Source: Dehalococcoidia bacterium (lineage in GTDB: Bacteria > Chloroflexota > Dehalococcoidia > Lucifugimonadales > UBA2985). From it: DNA of 42,509 bases. Of the stretch, positions 37,054 to 42,509 are shown piece by piece; position 1 is the stretch's first letter, and every line of letters starts with the position of its first letter. A program made the position numbers and the translations under genes. Location of the stretch: assembly GCA_963582505.1 (NCBI GenBank), contig CAUZSC010000001.1, forward strand, positions 1-42,509. The letters are read 5' to 3'. The notes beneath the pieces were generated by a model. That model searched no databases. It was not told the DNA's origin and worked only from the letters and a program-made list of their open reading frames with translations.

Positions 37054-38342
37054 CCTTTCTCAGTCTCTGGTCTACCACTACTAGACATATCTATACCCAA
37101 CACTGCATTGCTCGGCATTGTTTCTCGTAACATCAGACCTCCTATCAGCAACGTAATTGGGAACAGTGATACACCAAGAAGACCGTATTGTAATGAACCA
37201 GACCATTCCTGTATAAACCCTACCATAGTAGGTCCTATTGCTCCTCCTATCGGTATAATCGTCATAGAAAGCCCCACTGCGACAGCGGTCTGCCGCGGGG
37301 CTAATTGTAAATCAAGAGGAATGATGCGAAGTATTGGAACCCAAATCATCGCATTCCATCCGGCAAATAAAAGCATTATAGCTATAATTGCTGGTGATTT
37401 AGTAGTGAACAATATTATATATATAATGGGTAAAAATATTCCTGGTAACCATATAAATATTCTTCTCTGACGAACCCTGTTTGATAACGGTCCTCCCAAG
37501 AAAGATGCTGCCGTACCACCAACAGGAAAGAGTGTCATCAAGGACCCAACTGTCTTGAGGTCTAAATTAAGTGATTCAAGCGCGTATGTTGGCCAAAATG
37601 TCAGTACCGAACCAAAAGCTAGAGCCGCACCAGTCGGACACAAAGCCAATATCCATAAAGTTTTCTCTTTAAACAGAATGCCTATTGGGGATTTGTTGTT
37701 CTCTTCTAGCTTAGAATTATCTGGATCGACTTTAGGTTTGTCCTTGCCTATAAGAATCCAAATTACTACTTCTATTAAAAGTATAATACCTAATACATAA
37801 TAGAGATTCCGCCAACCTGCAAACAATTCCATTAGCCATGCGGTAGTACCCAAAGCCACAAGTTGCCCACTAGAAAATACCCCAACTGCAACACTAACCA
37901 CTAGTGCAAATTGACGGAGAGTAAACCATTGTTGAATTAATAGTACCTCCGCTTGTGTTCTGACAACTATTGTAGTAGTAAACAACAATCGCCCTACTAA
38001 CAAAATATAATATGTTTGTGCAAAACCTTGCATTAAGGCAAATATACCTGCCATAAATATCGCGAATGTGATGACTCGTTTGGGACTATATCTGGACAAA
38101 TATATACTCACTGGCAATGAGGCGATTGCCGAGCTCACAAACATAGCTGAGCCTAGTAAGCCTGCCTGGACAGGAGAAATTGATAGATCCTCAGTCATTT
38201 GAGGCAACATAATACCCAGAGAAACCACTACCATTGGTATTATAAGACTGGACATCCATAATCCACCCATAACAGCCCAACCATAGTTCATTGCCGGAAT
38301 TCCCCAAATTTTCAAATACTTATCGCTTTGATACAAATTCAC
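37050..38342 (-). CDS. MFS transporter
   Basis: 430 aa with 12 TM helices. An alternative start at ATG 38291 (MNYGWAVMGG) is preceded by GGGGA. Its stop overlaps the CoA-transferase stop by 4 nt. Confidence 0.8.
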   Translation of the reverse strand: MNLYQSDKYLKIWGIPAMNYGWAVMGGLWMSSLIIPMVVVSLGIMLPQMTEDLSISPVQAGLLGSAMFVSSAIASLPVSIYLSRYSPKRVITFAIFMAGIFALMQGFAQTYYILLVGRLLFTTTIVVRTQAEVLLIQQWFTLRQFALVVSVAVGVFSSGQLVALGTTAWLMELFAGWRNLYYVLGIILLIEVVIWILIGKDKPKVDPDNSKLEENNKSPIGILFKEKTLWILALCPTGAALAFGSVLTFWPTYALESLNLDLKTVGSLMTLFPVGGTAASFLGGPLSNRVRQRRIFIWLPGIFLPIIYIILFTTKSPAIIAIMLLFAGWNAMIWVPILRIIPLDLQLAPRQTAVAVGLSMTIIPIGGAIGPTMVGFIQEWSGSLQYGLLGVSLFPITLLIGGLMLRETMPSNAVLGIDMSSSGRPETEKG

Positions 38343-38514
38343 ACACCACTACCAATCAGTTTATTTCTATTCGCAATATTAACAGAGGTTTCTATTAATA
38401 TCATACAAAATATTGCTTCCGGATATTTACCACTACCTAATACATACCATTTTTCTCGATCTCAGGTTATAATTGAATCTGAGTTGAATTCACTAAATCG
38501 AACCTGGGGGTAGT

Positions 38515-39342
38515 ATGACAAATCCTTCAGCAGAACCGAATTCCTTTGAGGATCTTCAGGAATTCTTCTTCTCTGTCAGAGAATGGTTCGAAGAAAATGC
38601 CGTGATCCCTGCCAATATACCAATGCCATCTAGCGGTCAACCTATGGCCGATGAGTTAAAACAATGGGCAGTACAATTCAGGCGCAAACTAGGAAATATG
38701 GGATGGATAGCTCCAGACTGGCCGGTAGAATATGGAGGTGGAGGTCTAAGTAAAGAGCACTCAGAAATAATCCGCCGGGAAATGAGACGGCATAGATTAC
38801 CAACTCTGCAAGTATCCATAATGCATACAGTGGCACTGAGAATGTTCGCTAGTGAAGAACATAAAAAAACAATACTGGCCTCCATATTACGTGGTGAGGT
38901 ATCTGCAGTACACGCCTTCAACGAAATAAAACATGGATCAGACTTGGGAGCTAACACCACAGCAGCTGTTAGAGACGGCGATGAGTACCTTATCACTGGC
39001 CAAAAAGACTATATAACAAGCTTATTGCCACCAGATTTAATATTCTGTCTAGCTCTCACAAATCCAGACGCACCTCCAGCCAAAAAATTTAGCCTGATAG
39101 CTGTTGATGCAAAAGCTCCAGGTATAGATATAAAGGCAGAGAATCTCCTGGTTCCAGGGAGAGAATATAAATTCCTGTTCACTGAAGCACAGGTCCATAG
39201 GACCCAGATTATAGGTGAGGAAGGACAAGGAATAGAAATTGCTGAGCTCATGCTTGGTATAGAACGTGGTGGGATAATCAGCATACCACTTGCAGTTCAG
39301 GAAGATGTCGAGGATAAGGAACAACAAGAACTAGGACATTAA
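38515..39342 (+). CDS. Acyl-CoA dehydrogenase-like protein lacking the C-terminal catalytic domain (copy 1)
   Basis: 275 aa. It has the ACAD N-terminal alpha domain (GWIAPDWPVEYGGGGLS) and the middle beta domain (AFNEIKHGSDLG...ITGQKDYIT). It ends about 25 aa after the GEEGQG motif that opens the C-terminal domain in full-length ACADs. Confidence 0.7.
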   Translation: MTNPSAEPNSFEDLQEFFFSVREWFEENAVIPANIPMPSSGQPMADELKQWAVQFRRKLGNMGWIAPDWPVEYGGGGLSKEHSEIIRREMRRHRLPTLQVSIMHTVALRMFASEEHKKTILASILRGEVSAVHAFNEIKHGSDLGANTTAAVRDGDEYLITGQKDYITSLLPPDLIFCLALTNPDAPPAKKFSLIAVDAKAPGIDIKAENLLVPGREYKFLFTEAQVHRTQIIGEEGQGIEIAELMLGIERGGIISIPLAVQEDVEDKEQQELGH

Positions 39343-39434
39343 CGAAAACCTCTACCTTATATTCAGTTTATCAACTTTAGACAATATAATATTATTCTGG
39401 CCAAAAAAATCCCAGATTGCACACAGGGGTATCT

Positions 39435-40262
39435 ATGACAAATCCCACACAAGAACAGAACTCTTACGAAGATCTACAGGAATTTTTCTTTTCTGTCAGA
39501 GAGTGGTTCAACGAGAATGGCGTAATTCCTCCGGAGATACCTATCAAGTCTCGTGGTCAACCTATGTCCGACGAACTAAAGCAATGGGCCGTACAGTTTA
39601 AACGTAAGCTTGGAGCCATGGGATGGATAGCCCCAGATTGGCCGGTGGAATATGGCGGTGGGGGTTTAAGTAAACAACATGCAGGAATAGTTAGAAGAGA
39701 AATCAGGCGCCGCAAGTTGCCGAACATACAAGTTTCATTAATGACTACAGTAGGTCTAAGAATGTTTGCAAGTGAAGAGCACAAGCTGACTATACTCGCC
39801 TCCATACTGAGCGGTAAGATATCTACAGTTAACGCTTTCAATGAAATAGGCCATGGCTCAGACATAGGAGCCAACACGACATCAGCAGTTAAAGACGGTG
39901 ATGATCTGCTTATAACAGGTCAGAAGGACTGGATCACTAGCCTACTACCACCAGACTTAATATTCTGTCTGACACTCACCAACCCCGATGCCCCTCCCGC
40001 CAAAAGATTCAGCATTATCGCCGTAGACGCAAAATCGCCTGGCGTAGAAATGAAGGCAGAGAGTTTACTTATACCTGGAAGAGAATTTAAATTCCTGTTC
40101 ACTGAAGCACAAGTCCCAAGAACTCAAATAATAGGGGAAGAAGGGCAAGGATTAGAGATAGCTGAACTTATGATAGGTATAGAGCGCGAAGGAATTATGA
40201 GTGTACCTCTCAGTATTCAAAAAGATGTAGAGGACAATGAGAAGCAAGAACTAGGGCACTAA
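39435..40262 (+). CDS. Acyl-CoA dehydrogenase-like protein lacking the C-terminal catalytic domain (copy 2)
   Basis: The track start is TTG 39417. ATG 39435 is preceded by AGGGG and gives MTNPTQEQ, colinear with copy 1 (MTNPSAEP). It is 275 aa, roughly three quarters identical to copy 1 by eye, with the same ELGH tail. Confidence 0.7.
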   Translation: MTNPTQEQNSYEDLQEFFFSVREWFNENGVIPPEIPIKSRGQPMSDELKQWAVQFKRKLGAMGWIAPDWPVEYGGGGLSKQHAGIVRREIRRRKLPNIQVSLMTTVGLRMFASEEHKLTILASILSGKISTVNAFNEIGHGSDIGANTTSAVKDGDDLLITGQKDWITSLLPPDLIFCLTLTNPDAPPAKRFSIIAVDAKSPGVEMKAESLLIPGREFKFLFTEAQVPRTQIIGEEGQGLEIAELMIGIEREGIMSVPLSIQKDVEDNEKQELGH

Positions 40263-40271
40263 CCAATTTGA

Positions 40272-42509
40272 CTATCTGCGCTTATCTTTATATTTTCCCT
40301 CAATACTCACATTTGGTATAAATTCCAGCGCCTTGGGAAAATACCAAGTGGTTGTACCCAATAGCCTAAGTACAGATGGAACCAACATAGATCTCACTAT
40401 TGTTGCATCCAATAAAATAGCCGCTCCTAAGCCAAATCCCATAGATTGAAAGAATGCGATATCACCTAGAGCAAACCCTCCAAATACTGCAACCATTATG
40501 AGAGCTGCTCCAGTTATAATCTGAGCTGTTGTCCTCAAACCAAATGCTACAGATGTAGAATGCTCTCCAGTTTCATCATAATGTTCTTTTATCCTGCTTA
40601 ACATGAATACATGATAATCCATAGATAGTCCAAAAAGTATTGAGAACATCATTAGTGGTAACCAATATTCTATGTGTTCAACTTTTTGAAATCCGAGTAA
40701 GTCCAACATGAAACCTTTTTGGAATACTAAAACTACAATGCCGTATGCGGCACCTACTGATAATAGGTTCATGAAAATAGATGCGATTGGAATCACTATG
40801 GACCTAAATGCTATCATCAGTAAAATGAAACTCAATCCCAGTACTGCAGCAAAAACCCTCGGAGTATACTCGTTAGTGAGCTCAACGGAATCTACTATCT
40901 CCGCTGATGCACCACCTACTAGTGCCTTGTAGTTATCAGCTGAGACTCCAGCAAATGCTTCCGGTATTAGCTCAGACCGTATACGTCTAACTGTAGAAAG
41001 AGCCTCTTCACCAAACGGATCCCCGGGTAACGGTGCCTGTAATACTGCTAAGGTTCCATCTGGAGATATCCTTATTTCAGGTTTAATAATCTTATCATCA
41101 GCATCCATGTTAGCTTCTAGTCTTGATATAGCGTCTTTAATATCACCAGACATTACGTCTCCATCAATTACTACTAGAGCCGGAGAATTACTCCCAAAAC
41201 CATACTTAGTGTTGAGTAATTCAAAAGCTTGTTTCACAGGTTCGTCATCTGGCAGCATAGATATACCACTTGTTCCCTTAGAAAGTTCAAAGAACGGGAT
41301 TATCAATGCTCCCAATATGGTTACTGATACAATCATGCTAACAACCGGGGCTCGCATAACAGTTAATGTTATAGTATCCCAGAATCCTCTTCGCTGTTTT
41401 GTTATATTTCTATCATACACAGATAAAAACGGTATTTTAAATCCTGTCAACCGTCTTAACAATGCTACAAGAATAAGAATGCTCATCACCACTCCGGCTA
41501 CTGCCATGATTCTACCTGGCTCAGTTCTACCTGGAATAATAGCAACACCAGCTAGAAACATTATGGCTGTTGGAATAGGCGGAACCCTTACACTATTTAT
41601 CCTATCACCTAATATACCAATCAATGCTGGAAGAAGTGTAAGGCATGTAATCACTGCTACGAACACCACCATAATAGATCCTGTTCCAAATGCCTGGAAA
41701 AATTTCTCCGGCAACAATAACATTCCAGTTAATGCAAAAACTACAGTCACTCCACTAAATAAGACAGCCCGACTTGCCGTTGCTCCTGCTATAGATATGG
41801 ATTCCTGCTGATCAAAACCCTTCTGTCTTTCTTCCCTGTAGCGAGATAGTATAAACAATGAATAATCTATACCCACAGCCAAGCCCATCATTGTAATGAT
41901 GTTTGGCACAAATTCGTTCAATTCCATCATCTGCCCAACAACACCAGTAATGCCAATGGTTGTAAATACTGCAACTATGGCTAGTATGATCGGTATCAAG
42001 CCTGCGACTACTGCTCCATATACCAATATTAGTATAATAAGGGCTACGCCTATACCAATCGATTCTCCTACCAAAAGGTCATGCTCAGCCCGGGTTGAAA
42101 AAGCTTCGTTGATACTAATATCTCCAAATATTACTACTTTGAATCCATCGCGATCAAAATTTGCCGCCGTATCAGTAAGGATATGTATCTCATCTTTCTT
42201 GTCCTGAAATACCTGAATTTGATACATTACTGTAGATCCATCTTGAGATGGAACTGGTGAATAATCAGAAAAATTCCCATTGATTATAGAACCTGCTTGT
42301 CTATCAATCGCATCTGCGAGCTCGCTGATGGTTTCTTCAAACACGGGGTCTGCACTAATCACTGTTTCAGAATTTATTATAACGAATTCATTAGCCAGAT
42401 TCTCAGCACTGGACGTGTCAGATTCGCTGGATTGACTCTCTCCAGAAGTATCAAATTTTTCGTTGATGAGATTTTCGGCTATTTTATACTCTAAAGTTTT
42501 TGTGGGCCC
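40272..42509 (-). CDS. MMPL/RND-superfamily membrane transporter; 5' end outside the window
   Basis: The track ORF starts at GTG 42362. I checked that the frame stays open with no stop up to base 42509 (GPTKTLEYKIAENLINEKFD...). It has two 5-6 TM bundles and soluble loops typical of MMPL proteins. Confidence 0.85.
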   Translation of the reverse strand, partial: GPTKTLEYKIAENLINEKFDTSGESQSSESDTSSAENLANEFVIINSETVISADPVFEETISELADAIDRQAGSIINGNFSDYSPVPSQDGSTVMYQIQVFQDKKDEIHILTDTAANFDRDGFKVVIFGDISINEAFSTRAEHDLLVGESIGIGVALIILILVYGAVVAGLIPIILAIVAVFTTIGITGVVGQMMELNEFVPNIITMMGLAVGIDYSLFILSRYREERQKGFDQQESISIAGATASRAVLFSGVTVVFALTGMLLLPEKFFQAFGTGSIMVVFVAVITCLTLLPALIGILGDRINSVRVPPIPTAIMFLAGVAIIPGRTEPGRIMAVAGVVMSILILVALLRRLTGFKIPFLSVYDRNITKQRRGFWDTITLTVMRAPVVSMIVSVTILGALIIPFFELSKGTSGISMLPDDEPVKQAFELLNTKYGFGSNSPALVVIDGDVMSGDIKDAISRLEANMDADDKIIKPEIRISPDGTLAVLQAPLPGDPFGEEALSTVRRIRSELIPEAFAGVSADNYKALVGGASAEIVDSVELTNEYTPRVFAAVLGLSFILLMIAFRSIVIPIASIFMNLLSVGAAYGIVVLVFQKGFMLDLLGFQKVEHIEYWLPLMMFSILFGLSMDYHVFMLSRIKEHYDETGEHSTSVAFGLRTTAQIITGAALIMVAVFGGFALGDIAFFQSMGFGLGAAILLDATIVRSMLVPSVLRLLGTTTWYFPKALEFIPNVSIEGKYKDKRR

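Noticed and set aside
38515-40262. Reading the two ACAD-like ORFs as fragments of one disrupted full-length gene
   Set aside because: The two ORFs are colinear copies of the same region (N-terminal plus middle domains), not consecutive parts of one gene. They share an identical end point and tail.
41107-41811. Long antisense ORFs inside well-supported genes: 234 aa here, plus 20755-21201, 24752-25108, 926-1282, 31572-31979, 37108-37470 and others
   Set aside because: Each is fully embedded opposite a gene with clear family motifs. Their translations are low-complexity (Ser/Thr/Ile/Pro-rich), as expected for the reverse frames of membrane-protein genes.

Overview
AT-rich bacterial chromosomal segment (about 40% GC by eye, not computed). 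Bacterial origin is supported by TTGACA-17-TAnnnT promoters, AGGAGG-type ribosome binding sites and bacterial-type rsmD, selA, fabF, folC and dinB. The gene content resembles marine heterotrophs such as SAR202-type Chloroflexota: many MFS/EamA/MMPL transporters, a family III CoA-transferase, acyl-CoA-dehydrogenase-like and ADP-forming acyl-CoA-synthetase-like paralogs, a tungsten-type aldehyde oxidoreductase and ArsM. That taxonomic placement is only a guess. Layout: (1) 1-8.7 kb is housekeeping: rsmD (missing from the ORF track), a DUF4177/lectin-like fusion, two divergent CoA-binding paralogs, selA, fabF and folC. (2) 8.9-14.5 kb holds a tRNA-Phe/tRNA-Gly pair. The 3' half of tRNA-Gly(GCC) recurs downstream in direct orientation three more times. 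These copies delimit tandem mini-islands with no integrase. One carries a frameshifted cation/H+ antiporter and a 450-bp ORF-free stretch dense in ACC-N3-AGGT dyads. The other carries a LicD-like, DUF45 metallohydrolase and DHH/DHHA1 phosphoesterase trio. (3) 14.5-24.3 kb is a transporter-dense block. (4) 24.5-29.2 kb holds miscellaneous genes including yqeK and dinB. (5) 29.3-42.5 kb is a carbonyl/carboxylate-CoA cluster: enone reductase-like, OCD-like, ArsM, AOR, a fused double CoA-transferase, MFS, two tandem C-terminally truncated ACAD-like paralogs and a partial MMPL. The best candidates for something undescribed are the tRNA-Gly accretion locus with its cargo trio and dyad array, and the truncated ACAD pair next to the fused CoA-transferase. 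I saw no CRISPR array, IS element, integrase or recognisable defence system. All functional calls come from motif recognition from memory, not from searches.
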